NCBI GenBank assembly: GCA_021813505.1
Contig: JAKAKI010000040.1
Location: 56,559-120,558, forward strand
DNA from: a bacterium
GTDB lineage: Bacteria; Zixibacteria; MSB-5A5; WJJR01
Length of the DNA stretch: 64,000 bases
Direction: 5' to 3'
Position numbers and translations under genes: made by a program. Position 1 is the stretch's first letter. Every line of letters starts with the position of its first letter. This document shows positions 29,805 through 42,630 of the stretch, piece by piece. The notes beneath the pieces are model-generated. The model had not been told where the DNA came from and ran no database searches. It saw only the letters and a program-made list of their open reading frames with translations.

Positions 29805-30473
29805 CTAATTCGCAGCCGGTTGTGTTGATTCTGAAGTCGCCGAATGCCCTGCTGATTCGGGGACAATCCTGTACACTCGATTCATGTAAACCGGCGCCTT
29901 CGGTCGCTCCCCGTTACACGGAACTTTCTCGATTGTATGGACAACATCCAGCCCCTGCACAACCTTGCCGAAGACGGTGTATTTCCGATCCAGAGATGAC
30001 AATCGCCCCAGGGCGATGAAGAACTGCGATCCGGCGGAGTTGATGTCGTCCCAGTGAACCATCGACAAAGTTCCGTCGGTAATTGGTTCCGAGGAAAACT
30101 CCGCGGGCACGGTATAGCCTGGTCCACCGGAGCCGTTTCCAAACGGATCGCCCCCTTGGATGACGAATCCAGGCACAACGCGATAAAACGGGACGCTGTT
30201 GTAGAATCCCTTTTCGGCCAGGTAGACCATGCTCTGGCAGTGTTTGGGAGCCAGGTCCGGACGGAGTTCAAGCACGATCTGCCCGAAGTCGGTGTCGATC
30301 CCGACGCGTGGCCGCTCATCGAGAGTGATCATGACATTTCGATAGGGCGCCGGATCATACGGTTCGTTGGACTTGTGAGTGCAGGCGCTCTGCCCAGCCA
30401 GGACAATTGTGAGAAGACAACCGAGAACCCGCCTTATGAGTGAAGTCGATTTCAATCGTAGCCTCCCATCCAC
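29805..30473 (-). CDS. Peptidyl-prolyl cis-trans isomerase, cyclophilin type (lipoprotein)
   Basis: Lipobox 'LAGQSAC'. 'FYRVVPGFVIQGGDP', 'GTLSMVHWDDINSAGSQFFIALG'. Confidence 0.85.
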   Translation of the reverse strand: MDGRLRLKSTSLIRRVLGCLLTIVLAGQSACTHKSNEPYDPAPYRNVMITLDERPRVGIDTDFGQIVLELRPDLAPKHCQSMVYLAEKGFYNSVPFYRVVPGFVIQGGDPFGNGSGGPGYTVPAEFSSEPITDGTLSMVHWDDINSAGSQFFIALGRLSSLDRKYTVFGKVVQGLDVVHTIEKVPCNGERPKAPVYMNRVYRIVPESAGHSATSESTQPAAN

Positions 30474-30599
30474 CAGTGGCAGCCCGACGTTTGATGTTAA
30501 GTTACAACTATACTACCATTTCATGCAAGTGAAATGAACCGGCATTGCAGCCGCGATCGTCTACGCCACTCTCTGCTCACATGATGCCGGGTGAGCGGG

Positions 30600-31104
30600 T
30601 CACGGCTCGACGAAGGCCCGCTCGCTCCGGTACGCGAATGACCGCCCGTCGATGGCGCGTTCGACGGCGAGGATGCCGTCCAGATGGTCACATTCATGCT
30701 GAAGCAGTTCTGACATGGTAAATGAGGCGTCAAGCGAGTGTTCCCGCCAATCCAGGTCGCGGAAGACGATGCGGCAGGAGTTGTGCCGCCGCACTTTGAC
30801 CAGGAAATGGGGAAATGAAAAGCAGTCGTCCCAGAGTTCGAACATCTCTGTACTCAAGTTCTCCAATCGGGGATTGACCAGCAAGACCGGGGAATCGATG
30901 TGCATGTAAATCAGCCGTTTCAGCACGCCGATCTGCGGGGCCGCGATCGCCCGCCCGACCCCCCCAGCGGCCGCGGAAATCCAAAAGCGTGTCGTGCATG
31001 TCGGCCACGACAGTCCGAAGGGATTCGGCCTCGTCTCTGGCGACCGGTGGGCAACGTACGTTTAGTGCCGGGTTGCCCAAGAGGAGAATTTCACGAACGG
31101 CCAT
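30600..31104 (-). pseudogene. def: Peptide deformylase with a frameshift in a G7 homopolymer (pseudogene or assembly error)
   Basis: Frame A (31104 downward) gives 'MAVREILLLGNPALNVRCPPV...TLLDFRG'. After the G7 run (plus-strand C7 at 30959-30965), a shifted frame continues 'GVGRAIAAPQIGVLKRLIYMHI...EGCLS-like DDCFSFP...QHECDHLDG'. All three Def motifs are present across the two frames. Confidence 0.7.
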
Positions 31105-31229
31105 TCGATGATACCTCCGGCTCCAATATGCTCAACACGGGCCATACCGCCAATCGAATGGAGCACGAACCAAAGTTGAAGAGACTGCGATCAGAAGGGG
31201 AGAAGGCTACGAGAAGTTCACTTGGCGTT

Positions 31230-31315
31230 TGGTGCCGAAGGCGGGATTTGAACCCGCACGGGGGGTACCCACCACCCCCTCAAGATGGCGTGTCTGCCAA
31301 TTCCACCACTTCGGC
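31230..31315 (-). tRNA. tRNA-Leu (anticodon GAG), class II with long variable arm, CCA encoded
   Basis: Reverse complement gives acceptor GCCGAAG/CTTCGGC, anticodon stem CCATC/GGTGG with loop TTGAGGG, variable arm and T-arm GCGGGTTCAAATCCCGC. 86 nt. Confidence 0.85.
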
Positions 31316-31382
31316 ACAAGTGCAATCTATCAACACAAACTCTACTTTAACAAAGTCACACTGCGTCACAGAGGCCGGCACG

Positions 31383-31862
31383 CTACTTCTTGCCCGAATC
31401 AGGCGTTGTGGCCGGTGTTGTCTGTTGTGTAGCCGGTGTTGTCTGCTGCGTCGCGGGTGGTGTCTGATTGAACAGCTCTTCACCCGGTCCTGACGGCGGC
31501 TGGCCGGTTGTCGCCGGCTGCGTTCCCTCGGCTCCCGGCTGCTGGACTGGAGGTGCTGCCGGCGTCTGCCCCGACCTGGCCGCTTCCTCAACGGCGCTCG
31601 AGCCGCCGGTGACGGCATTGGAGGAGGAGGAAGACGGGCGAATCAACGCGATGACGATGCACGACGCCATGAAGGCTACGGCGAGCACCGACGTCGCACG
31701 AGACAGAAAAGTGGCCGCGCCGCGTCCACCGAACACGGTGCCGGTCAGCGAAGTGCCCCCGAACGCGCCGGCCAGACCTTCACCCTTGGCCGACTGCAGG
31801 AGCACGGAGATAATCAGTGCCGTGCAAATCAATACATGAAGAGTAATCAACAAACTGTACAC
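31383..31862 (-). CDS. secG: Preprotein translocase subunit SecG with Pro/Thr/Gln-rich C-terminal tail
   Basis: 'MYSLLITLHVLICTALIISVLLQSAKGEGLAGAFGG' is typical of SecG. The tail carries 'TPATQQTTPATQQTTPATTP' repeats. Confidence 0.8.
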   Translation of the reverse strand: MYSLLITLHVLICTALIISVLLQSAKGEGLAGAFGGTSLTGTVFGGRGAATFLSRATSVLAVAFMASCIVIALIRPSSSSSNAVTGGSSAVEEAARSGQTPAAPPVQQPGAEGTQPATTGQPPSGPGEELFNQTPPATQQTTPATQQTTPATTPDSGKK

Positions 31863-31901
31863 GATACCTCCCGACTTCTTTTGCTATTTCCAGCCGGCCC
31901 G

Positions 31902-32684
31902 TCACGCTACCAACGGAACCGAACGAATGATCCGGTCAAACTGATCGGCGTCGAGCGATGCGCCGCCTACAAGAGCGCCATCAATATCGGGGTCGGCGAG
32001 AAGTTCCTTTGCGTTGTCCGCCTTGACCGATCCGCCGTACAAGATTCTGATCCGGGAGGCGGCCTCGGATGAGTGCGCCTTACTGATCCAGCCCCGGATG
32101 AACCGGTGAACATCTCCCGCTTGTTGGACTGTCGCGACTTTGCCTGTTCCAATTGCCCACACGGGTTCGTAGGCAATCACAACGTGCTTTAAGTCCGCGT
32201 CAGTCAGTCCTTTCAATCCGCCAGCCAACTGGCGCTCAACAACTTCGTGCGTCCGACCGGACTCACGTTCGTCCAGACTCTCACCAACACAAACAATCGG
32301 ATTAAGCCCGACTGCCAAGGCGGCCAGCGCCTTGCGGTTGATCCCCGCGTCGGTTTCGCCGAAAAACTGGCGCCGCTCGGAGTGTCCCAAGATAACCATT
32401 TGACACCCCGCCGTCAATAACATAGGTCCGGACACCTCACCGGTGAATGCCCCCGACGGCGCCTCATGCATGTTCTGGGCGCCCAACAGGATAGGGAATC
32501 CCTGCAAGGCTGCGGCTGCGGTCGCCAGCGAAACAGCCGGGGGGAAGACCGCCACTTCGACACCGCGCCCGCTTGGCGCCGGCCAACTCGCCGATCTCTT
32601 GGCGAGGTTTGTGCACAGTTCACGGGTCCAGGGAATGTCCCCGTTCATCTTCCAGTTGCCGGCAATGAGAGGTGTGCGTGTCAT
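31902..32684 (-). CDS. tpiA: Triosephosphate isomerase
   Basis: 'IAGNWKMNG', 'AYEPVWAIGTGK', 'ILYGGSV'. Confidence 0.95.
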   Translation of the reverse strand: MTRTPLIAGNWKMNGDIPWTRELCTNLAKRSASWPAPSGRGVEVAVFPPAVSLATAAAALQGFPILLGAQNMHEAPSGAFTGEVSGPMLLTAGCQMVILGHSERRQFFGETDAGINRKALAALAVGLNPIVCVGESLDERESGRTHEVVERQLAGGLKGLTDADLKHVVIAYEPVWAIGTGKVATVQQAGDVHRFIRGWISKAHSSEAASRIRILYGGSVKADNAKELLADPDIDGALVGGASLDADQFDRIIRSVPLVA

Positions 32685-32770
32685 GATGAACCTCCATCCG
32701 AGCGCAGTGGCACGTACTCCCGCGCCCCTGCCTCATCTCAGTATCGGATCAGCAATAGCCCTTGGCGCGT

Positions 32771-33964
32771 TCAACGGTCGTTGAGCGCAGCTACCCCGGG
32801 CAATGTCTTGCCTTCAATGAATTCCAGGGACGCACCGCCGCCGGTCGAGATATGCGAAATCCGCGACGCCACATTCGTCTTGTGAACCGCCGCCACCGAA
32901 TCGCCGCCTCCCACGACCGACACCGCTCCCTTGTCTGTGGCATCGGCGACTGCGTGGCTGACAACCACTGTGCCCGAATCGAACGGCTCGGTTTCGAACA
33001 CGCCCATCGGCCCGTTCCAGAAGATCGTACCCGCCTGTTTCAATTCGGTGGAGAACTGCTTGGCGGTTCTCGGACCGATATCATACCCAGCGAGATCAGT
33101 GCCGAGTTTGTCTCCATCCACGATGACAGGTCGTCCGGTGTCCTTGAGATCTTTGGCCGCCACGAAATCGCAGGGTAGCAGGAATTTCCGTTTTTGCGCG
33201 CTCGCTTGGGCCAGAATCCTGCCGGCTGTCTCGATCAACTCAGGTTCAATCAGGGACTTTCCGACTTCTTTGCCCTGAGCTTTCAGAAACGTGAACGCCA
33301 TGCCCCCGCCGATCATGAAACCGTCAACGGTCTTCATGAGATTGGTGATGACCTCGAGCTTGCCGGAAACCTTGGCGCCTCCCAGAAGTGCCACAAAGGG
33401 CCGCTTCGGCGCCTGCAGAAGTTTGCCGAGGTAGCGGAGTTCCTTTTCCATCAGGTAGCCGGCCACGGCGATCTTGATGAAGCGTGTAACGCCCTCGGTG
33501 GAGGCGTGCGCACGGTGGGCGCTGCCAAAAGCGTCGTTCACATAGATTTCACCCCATGCGGCAAGCTGCCGGGAGAACTCCGGATCGTTCTTCTCCTCCT
33601 CGGCATGGAAGCGGAGATTCTCCAGCAGGCAGACTTCGCCGTCACGCAACGCGTTGACAACGGCACCCGCCTTGTCTCCGATGCAGTCCTCTGCGAATGG
33701 CACCGGTTTGCCCAGAAGCTTGCCGAGGTGCGCAGCGACCGGCCGCAGTGAGAATTCGGGTTTGGGCTGCCCCTTGGGCCGTCCGAGGTGTGACATCAGG
33801 ATCACGCGCGCGCCGGAATCGGCGAGCTTGCGAATCGACGGCAACGATGCGACGATACGCGTATCATCGGTCACCTGGTCGCCCGCGAGCGGCACATTGA
33901 AATCGACACGCACCAGAACGCGTTTGCCCGCCGGCGCGATGTCGTCAATAGTTTTCTTGTTCAT
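32771..33964 (-). CDS. pgk: Phosphoglycerate kinase
   Basis: 'VLVRVDFNVP', 'ILMSHLGRPKG'. Full-length PGK. Confidence 0.95.
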   Translation of the reverse strand: MNKKTIDDIAPAGKRVLVRVDFNVPLAGDQVTDDTRIVASLPSIRKLADSGARVILMSHLGRPKGQPKPEFSLRPVAAHLGKLLGKPVPFAEDCIGDKAGAVVNALRDGEVCLLENLRFHAEEEKNDPEFSRQLAAWGEIYVNDAFGSAHRAHASTEGVTRFIKIAVAGYLMEKELRYLGKLLQAPKRPFVALLGGAKVSGKLEVITNLMKTVDGFMIGGGMAFTFLKAQGKEVGKSLIEPELIETAGRILAQASAQKRKFLLPCDFVAAKDLKDTGRPVIVDGDKLGTDLAGYDIGPRTAKQFSTELKQAGTIFWNGPMGVFETEPFDSGTVVVSHAVADATDKGAVSVVGGGDSVAAVHKTNVASRISHISTGGGASLEFIEGKTLPGVAALNDR

Positions 33965-33967
33965 CGC

Positions 33968-35753
<1,786 letters not shown>

Positions 35754-35759
35754 TGTGTG

Positions 35760-36638
35760 TTAGCGCGTTCTTAGAGTTAATCCGGCGGAAAGCCAGAACC
35801 CGGACAGATCAATCTTGCCTCTGTTGGCGTAGTCGAACTTCGTGTAGCGATAGGCAACATCCGCTACGAGAAAGAAATTCCCCATGTAATGGAACTCGAC
35901 ACCGGTGCCGACGGCGAACCCCAGGGCCAGCTTGCTGCCTGGATCGTAGAAGTGGTACTTCATCAGGGTATCATGGACATGACTTGGCGATTCGTTGGCG
36001 ATGACCATCGAGAGTCCGGCACGCGCGTAAACGTTGTGCGGGGCGTCGACATTCCCGAATTCGTGCACCGCGCGCACACCGGCAAACATGGGAAAGAAAT
36101 CAATCCGCCCGATCCCCAGAAGGACCGTGTCCTTATCCTCAGGAGCGAATCCCGCCACGTCCACATCGCGGCGCCCAGACCACCCCAAATCACCCTCGGC
36201 CCACCAGGAATTGCGAATATGGAATAGCCCCTGAACCTCAATGAACGGTGCGATTGAAGCCGCCTTAGCCAGCCTCGCCTGATAGTGGGTCGTGTCGGTC
36301 GGTGAAAGCCTGACGGATCCAAAGATCGCGGAGATCGCCCGATGCGGCCAAATCCCTCCACGCAGAGAAAACCGATCCCCCCTCGTCGGACTGGCCCAGC
36401 ATCCGCCAGAACTGCCCATGATGCTCACCAGAGTCAGAATCGCGAGGAGAAAGACGCGCTTTGAAGCGACACCACGCTCAGGTCGAGCTGTCGGAATCGG
36501 GAGGTTTTTCACAGTATCATCCAAAGAATAGGGCCGCCTCTTGGAACAACTCCTCAGAGACTGTCCGGGTTCGCCCGGCAACTTCCGATAACGGTATCGA
36601 TGAAACCTGGTTTCCGCGCAAGCACACCATTTTGCCAA
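35760..36638 (-). CDS. Outer-membrane beta-barrel protein (paralogue 2). True start probably internal
   Basis: Similar to paralogue 1 ('AGLSMVIANE...', 'VGTGVEFHYM'). The ORF's first 40 codons overlap the pfkA 3' end, so translation likely begins near the 'KRVFLLAILTLVSIMG' signal region. Confidence 0.4.
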   Translation of the reverse strand: MAKWCACAETRFHRYRYRKLPGEPGQSLRSCSKRRPYSLDDTVKNLPIPTARPERGVASKRVFLLAILTLVSIMGSSGGCWASPTRGDRFSLRGGIWPHRAISAIFGSVRLSPTDTTHYQARLAKAASIAPFIEVQGLFHIRNSWWAEGDLGWSGRRDVDVAGFAPEDKDTVLLGIGRIDFFPMFAGVRAVHEFGNVDAPHNVYARAGLSMVIANESPSHVHDTLMKYHFYDPGSKLALGFAVGTGVEFHYMGNFFLVADVAYRYTKFDYANRGKIDLSGFWLSAGLTLRTR

Positions 36639-37566
36639 ACTCTTTCCGCTCGATCAGGCGAACCGCCTCAAGGCCATACCGGGTGCACAGGTACCGGTCA
36701 AACGCGAGAGGTGAGCCGCCTCGTTGCACGTGGCCGAGCATCACCATCCGTGTCTCATATCCCGTGCATTTCTCGATTTGCTCAGAGAGAGTCTGTCCGA
36801 TTCCACCCAGTCGAACATGTCCAAATTCATCCAGTTTGGCGTCCTGGAGAATCATCGTCTGCTTTCCGCTGGCGCCATCAACTGAGACTTTGGCGCCCTC
36901 GGCCACGACGACGATGGAAAAGTCTTTGCCGCTCTCGTGGCGCCGTTTGATCAAAGCGCAGATCTCATTCAGATCGGATTCGCGCTCTGGCAGCAGAATC
37001 TCGTCTGCGCCTCCCGCCATGCCGCCCTGCAGGGCGATCCAGCCAGCGTGCCGGCCCATGACTTCTACCACCATGACCCGTTTGTGTGATTCGGTGGTGG
37101 TTCTGACCCGGTCAATCGCTTCCATGACCGTGTTCACGGCGGTGTCGAACCCGAAACAGTAGTCGGTCCCCACGATGTCGTTGTCAATCGTCTTGGGAAC
37201 TCCGATGACATTCAGCCCGTGGTCCTGGAGCGCCGAGGCGACGCCCAGGGTGTCCTCGCCACCGATGGCAATAACGGCGTCCAGCCCAAGCTTCTTCGAC
37301 CGGCTAAGAACTTCGTCATATCCGCCGGGTGTTTTCCCGGGATTTGTTCGGGATGTCTTAAGAATGGTCCCGCCCCGTCCGAGGATTCCGGAGACCTCAG
37401 GCAGAAGAATTTCGCGCGCCAGACCGTCCTTCATCAGGCCGCGCCACCCTTCCAGAATTCCGGTGACGCGCCAATGGTTGTGCTTTGTTGCTTTGACGAC
37501 TACGGCCCGGATCACAGCGTTGAGTCCGGGACAGTCACCCCCGCCAGTCAATATGCCGATGTTCAC
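36517..37566 (-). CDS. pfkA: 6-phosphofructokinase
   Basis: GTG start at 37566 with 'aggggagg' RBS 6 nt upstream. 'VNIGILTGGGDCPGLNAVIRAVV', 'GGEDTLGVA', 'PKTIDNDI', 'MGRHAGWIAL'. Confidence 0.85.
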   Translation of the reverse strand: MNIGILTGGGDCPGLNAVIRAVVVKATKHNHWRVTGILEGWRGLMKDGLAREILLPEVSGILGRGGTILKTSRTNPGKTPGGYDEVLSRSKKLGLDAVIAIGGEDTLGVASALQDHGLNVIGVPKTIDNDIVGTDYCFGFDTAVNTVMEAIDRVRTTTESHKRVMVVEVMGRHAGWIALQGGMAGGADEILLPERESDLNEICALIKRRHESGKDFSIVVVAEGAKVSVDGASGKQTMILQDAKLDEFGHVRLGGIGQTLSEQIEKCTGYETRMVMLGHVQRGGSPLAFDRYLCTRYGLEAVRLIERKEFGKMVCLRGNQVSSIPLSEVAGRTRTVSEELFQEAALFFG

Positions 37567-37977
37567 GGCCACCCTCCCCTTTGGCGCCCACGCATCACGA
37601 TGGGCGGCAGTCGAATATACCCCACGTCCCCTTGATGTCAAGAAAACTGCCCGGCGCACGGAGGGGGGGCAGTCAAAATCCACTTGTAATTGGCCGCTGG
37701 AAGCGTACACTGGCGGGCTGGAGTGGATGGTCCGGTGGTTCCGATCCGCGCGGAAGTGCCTGAATCGATACCGGACAAAGGCCAGATGGGCGTGCTAAGA
37801 AGATTGCGAGTCCGCGAACGGAGGAAAAGAAAGGTGGGCACAGCCCATCCTACCTTCCTGACTCGCACGGAAATCGTACGGTGGGCCCCGCCCACCAGTT
37901 TTCGCGGGAACGATCCAACGGCGGAATCTCAACACGCCCAAGCGATCACTACTCCGTGATTGGGAGCTTTCAGTCTC

Positions 37978-38964
37978 ATGACCAACGTGATCATTCCAGC
38001 CGCCGGAATCGGCAGCCGCCTGCGGCCTCACACACACACGCTGTCCAAGGCGCTCCTGCCCGTCGCGGGCAAACCCATCCTGGGCCACATCATTGACCGT
38101 CTGGTTGGTGTGCCGAACCTCGGCACTGTGTGGATTGTCGTCGGTTTCCTTGCCGATCAGATCCAATCGTATGTGACCAGTCACTACGATCTCGACGTGC
38201 GCTTCGTCCACCAGAGTGACCTGCGCGGGTTGGGTTTCGCCATCCACCTGGCGCTCAAGGAAATTCCCAGCGATGACCCATTGATGGTGATTCTGAGTGA
38301 CACGATCATCGAAACAAGTTTTGCGACGTTTATGGCCGGTCCCGATGATGCACTGGGCGTTCGTGAGGTGGCCGACCCGCGCCGTTTCGGTGTGGTTGAG
38401 GTTGAGGGGGGATGGATCAAACGGCTGGTTGAAAAACCGGAGGTCCCTCCCTCACATCTGGCGGTCGTGGGGCTTTACGGAATCAAGAATACGAAGCTCT
38501 TGCGAGAGTGTCTCGATACGGTGGTGTCGCGCAATCAGGCCGTCGCCGGAGAACTCCAGGTCACTGATGCGCTGCAATTGATGGTTGAACGTGGCAGCCG
38601 CATGGCAGCCGTCACCGTTGAGGGTTGGTATGACTGCGGCAAACTGGAGACGATGCTTCTGACCAATCGCCACCTGCTGGATCAGCGTGGCCGCCACGTC
38701 GAGATTCCCGGCTCGCTGGTGCTGCCGCCATCGTATGTGTCACCAACGGCGCGGCTCGAACATGCGATCGTTGGGCCGTACGCCTCGATCGGCGACCGGG
38801 CGGAGATCGTCGAGGCGATCGTGTCGAATTCCATCGTTTCGGAGGGTGCCAGCATTCGCCGGTGCGTGATTGAGGATTCCATGATCGGTTCCAATGCCAA
38901 TGTCGTGGGCGGGGCCGAGCACTTGAATATCGGAGATTCTTCGGAAGTCGGGTTCGAGTTTTGA
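37978..38964 (+). CDS. Sugar-phosphate nucleotidyltransferase (RmlA/GlmU-like N-domain plus left-handed beta-helix C-domain)
   Basis: '[32 protein letters not shown]'. C-terminal hexapeptide repeats. Confidence 0.7.
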   Translation: MTNVIIPAAGIGSRLRPHTHTLSKALLPVAGKPILGHIIDRLVGVPNLGTVWIVVGFLADQIQSYVTSHYDLDVRFVHQSDLRGLGFAIHLALKEIPSDDPLMVILSDTIIETSFATFMAGPDDALGVREVADPRRFGVVEVEGGWIKRLVEKPEVPPSHLAVVGLYGIKNTKLLRECLDTVVSRNQAVAGELQVTDALQLMVERGSRMAAVTVEGWYDCGKLETMLLTNRHLLDQRGRHVEIPGSLVLPPSYVSPTARLEHAIVGPYASIGDRAEIVEAIVSNSIVSEGASIRRCVIEDSMIGSNANVVGGAEHLNIGDSSEVGFEF

Positions 38965-39010
38965 ACGTCCGGCTTTGTTGTGGGCATTTGTGGGAGGATT
39001 GAGGGACGCA

Positions 39011-40171
39011 ATGGTTGAAGACTTTCTGTTTACTTCCGAATCGGTTACAGAAGGACATCCGGATAAAGTTTGCGATCAGATCTCGGATGCTGTCCTGGAC
39101 GACGTTCTCAGGCAGGATCCCAAAGGACGTGTGGCCTGCGAGACGTTTATCACCGTCGGGCTGGTCATCGTCGGTGGTGAAATCACCACCGACGTGTATG
39201 TCGATATTCACAATCTGGTCCGCCGGTTGATTTGTGATATCGGCTACACCGACAGCCGGTACGGATTCAACTACAAGACCTGCGCCATCCTCAACGCGAT
39301 CGGGCCGCAATCCCCGGACATTTCGCAGGGGGTTGATGCCGGCGGCGCGGGTGACCAGGGCCTGATGGTCGGCTTCGCCTGCCGCGAAACGCCGGAATTG
39401 ATGCCACTGCCGATCACTCTCGCGCACAAACTGACGCGCCGGCTCTCCACGGTGCGCAAACAGGGCATTCTCAAGTACCTCGGTCCGGACGGCAAGTCGC
39501 AAGTCACGGTCGAGTATCGTGGCGGCAAGCCCGCACGCATTCACACGATCGTGCTCTCCTCGCAGCACACCACGGAAATTCTCGATGCGAGTGGAGAGCA
39601 CATTACCGAGGAGGCCCGCCAGGAGATTATCAAGCATGTCGCCAAGGCGGTCATCGACCCGTCCATGCTGGATGACCGCACGATTTACCACGTGAATCCG
39701 ACCGGGAAATTCGTCGTCGGCGGTCCGCAATGCGACACAGGAATGACCGGCCGCAAGATCATCGTCGACACCTATGGCGGGATGGCGCCCCATGGCGGCG
39801 GCGCGTTCTCCGGCAAGGATCCAACAAAAGTAGATCGCTCAGCCACTTATATGGCGCGGTACATCGCCAAGAATATCGTAGCGGCCGATCTGGCCGACCG
39901 GTGCACGGTGCAACTGGCCTACGCAATTGGCGTGGCCGAGCCGGTATCAGTAATGGTGTTTTGCGATGGTACCGAGAGGCTCCCCAATGGCCGGCTCGAA
40001 AAACTCATTCGCAAGAACTTCGATCTGACCCCGCGGGGGATTATCGATACCCTCAAGCTCCGCCGTCCGATATACACCCCCACGGCAGCCTATGGACACT
40101 TCGGGCGGACCGAGGAGACATTTACCTGGGAGAAGACCGACAAGGTTGCTGATCTTCAGAAAGGTGCATGA
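39011..40171 (+). CDS. metK: S-adenosylmethionine synthetase
   Basis: Start at ATG 39011. '[24 protein letters not shown]', '[12 protein letters not shown]', '[16 protein letters not shown]'. Confidence 0.95.
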   Translation: MVEDFLFTSESVTEGHPDKVCDQISDAVLDDVLRQDPKGRVACETFITVGLVIVGGEITTDVYVDIHNLVRRLICDIGYTDSRYGFNYKTCAILNAIGPQSPDISQGVDAGGAGDQGLMVGFACRETPELMPLPITLAHKLTRRLSTVRKQGILKYLGPDGKSQVTVEYRGGKPARIHTIVLSSQHTTEILDASGEHITEEARQEIIKHVAKAVIDPSMLDDRTIYHVNPTGKFVVGGPQCDTGMTGRKIIVDTYGGMAPHGGGAFSGKDPTKVDRSATYMARYIAKNIVAADLADRCTVQLAYAIGVAEPVSVMVFCDGTERLPNGRLEKLIRKNFDLTPRGIIDTLKLRRPIYTPTAAYGHFGRTEETFTWEKTDKVADLQKGA

Positions 40172-40212
40172 GTCCAACTAGAAACTTCTGGCACCCCGGC
40201 CGGGTACCGTGA

Positions 40213-41475
<1,263 letters not shown>

Positions 41476-41544
41476 GAAGCGGCAGCTGGAACGGCACCAC
41501 ACGATATGGGTGGGCAAAGCCCGCCCCACGGTTTCGGGGGACTG

Positions 41545-42630
41545 CTACTTCCTCGATTTGAGCAGGATCAGCGAGCCCACCACAAAGCACACAATGTCGG
41601 GAGTCCAGGCGGCAACCCAGGCTGGGATGTCGCCATTGTGCCCAAAGGAGCGGAACACTTCGATCACGACGCGGAGAGCGAATGTGATCATCATCGCGAT
41701 CCCGAAATTCAGTGCCGTGCCGGAATGCCGCGCCCGGGCTGCGATGGGAAAGCCGATAAGCACCACCAGAAAGTTCAAGAACGGGTACGCGATCTTCAGG
41801 ACCAGCTCCGTCTCCTGGAATGTTGGATCGCCTCCGGTGGCACGGATCCGCGCGATGGCGGCTTTGAGATCGAAGTATCCTGTTCGCTCCGGTTCGACCC
41901 ATTTGCGCATCAAATCGCTTGGCAATTCACGCCATTCCCGGAATTCCCGGCTTTCAAATGTCTCGTAATGAGTAGCGGAATCGCCCGCCGTCTCGAATAA
42001 TCGTCTCTGTCCCGTTGAACCGACCCAGACTGAGTCCTGGAAACGCAGGCTCTTCATCTCCAGCAGCTCGGTCATTCGTCCCTGGTCGAACGTTTGAACT
42101 GTGACGTCAGTTCCACTCTGCTGCAGGGCATTGAATGACTTGAAATAGAAGATGCGCCCCTCCATGCCCGGAGAGAACAGGGCTTGATAGATCACGCGCG
42201 AAGGTTTTGAACCACCGGACAGGAACTGTTCCGTGAGATCGGTCCGGCGCTGTTCCATCTTGGGATAGATGGTTTCCCCCGCCACCATAACGATACCGGT
42301 GATCACAAGACCCAAAAACAGCAGCGGCATAGCAGTGCGGAAAAGCGAGACGCCCGCAGCGCGCATCGCCAATAGTTCGTTGCGACGGCTCAGGAATCCG
42401 ATGCTGAACAACGTCGCCAGCAGGACCGCGACGGGAATGACCAGGATGAGAATGAACGGCGTGTAATAGTAATAATACAGCGCGACGAATCTCGCCGGCA
42501 CTCCCTTGTCGATGAACTTGTCGAGGTGCTCGATCAGATGAACGATCAGGTAGATCGTCCAAAAACCAATGAGCGACCAGACCAGGCTGAACATGAACCG
42601 GCTCATGACGTAGCGGTCGAGACGGTTCAT
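41545..42630 (-). CDS. lptG: LPS export ABC permease LptG
   Basis: LptF/LptG (YjgP/YjgQ) family: N-terminal 'MNRLDRYVMSRFMFSLVWSLIGF'. 6 TM with periplasmic beta-jellyroll. Confidence 0.8.
   Translation of the reverse strand: MNRLDRYVMSRFMFSLVWSLIGFWTIYLIVHLIEHLDKFIDKGVPARFVALYYYYYTPFILILVIPVAVLLATLFSIGFLSRRNELLAMRAAGVSLFRTAMPLLFLGLVITGIVMVAGETIYPKMEQRRTDLTEQFLSGGSKPSRVIYQALFSPGMEGRIFYFKSFNALQQSGTDVTVQTFDQGRMTELLEMKSLRFQDSVWVGSTGQRRLFETAGDSATHYETFESREFREWRELPSDLMRKWVEPERTGYFDLKAAIARIRATGGDPTFQETELVLKIAYPFLNFLVVLIGFPIAARARHSGTALNFGIAMMITFALRVVIEVFRSFGHNGDIPAWVAAWTPDIVCFVVGSLILLKSRK

Noticed and set aside
31316-31382. Putative sigma-70 promoter (TTGTTA-N18-TAGATT) for tRNA-Leu
   Set aside because: The spacing places the -10 only 4 nt before the mature tRNA 5' end. 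This is not convincing without transcript data.
38965-39010. Possible SAM riboswitch upstream of metK
   Set aside because: The intergenic space before the metK ATG is only ~46 nt, too short for an S-box. No conserved riboswitch motifs were seen.
38612-39793. 393-aa minus-strand ORF spanning the nucleotidyltransferase/metK region
   Set aside because: Arg/Pro-rich composition, no domain. Both plus-strand genes (nucleotidyltransferase, metK) are confidently identified.
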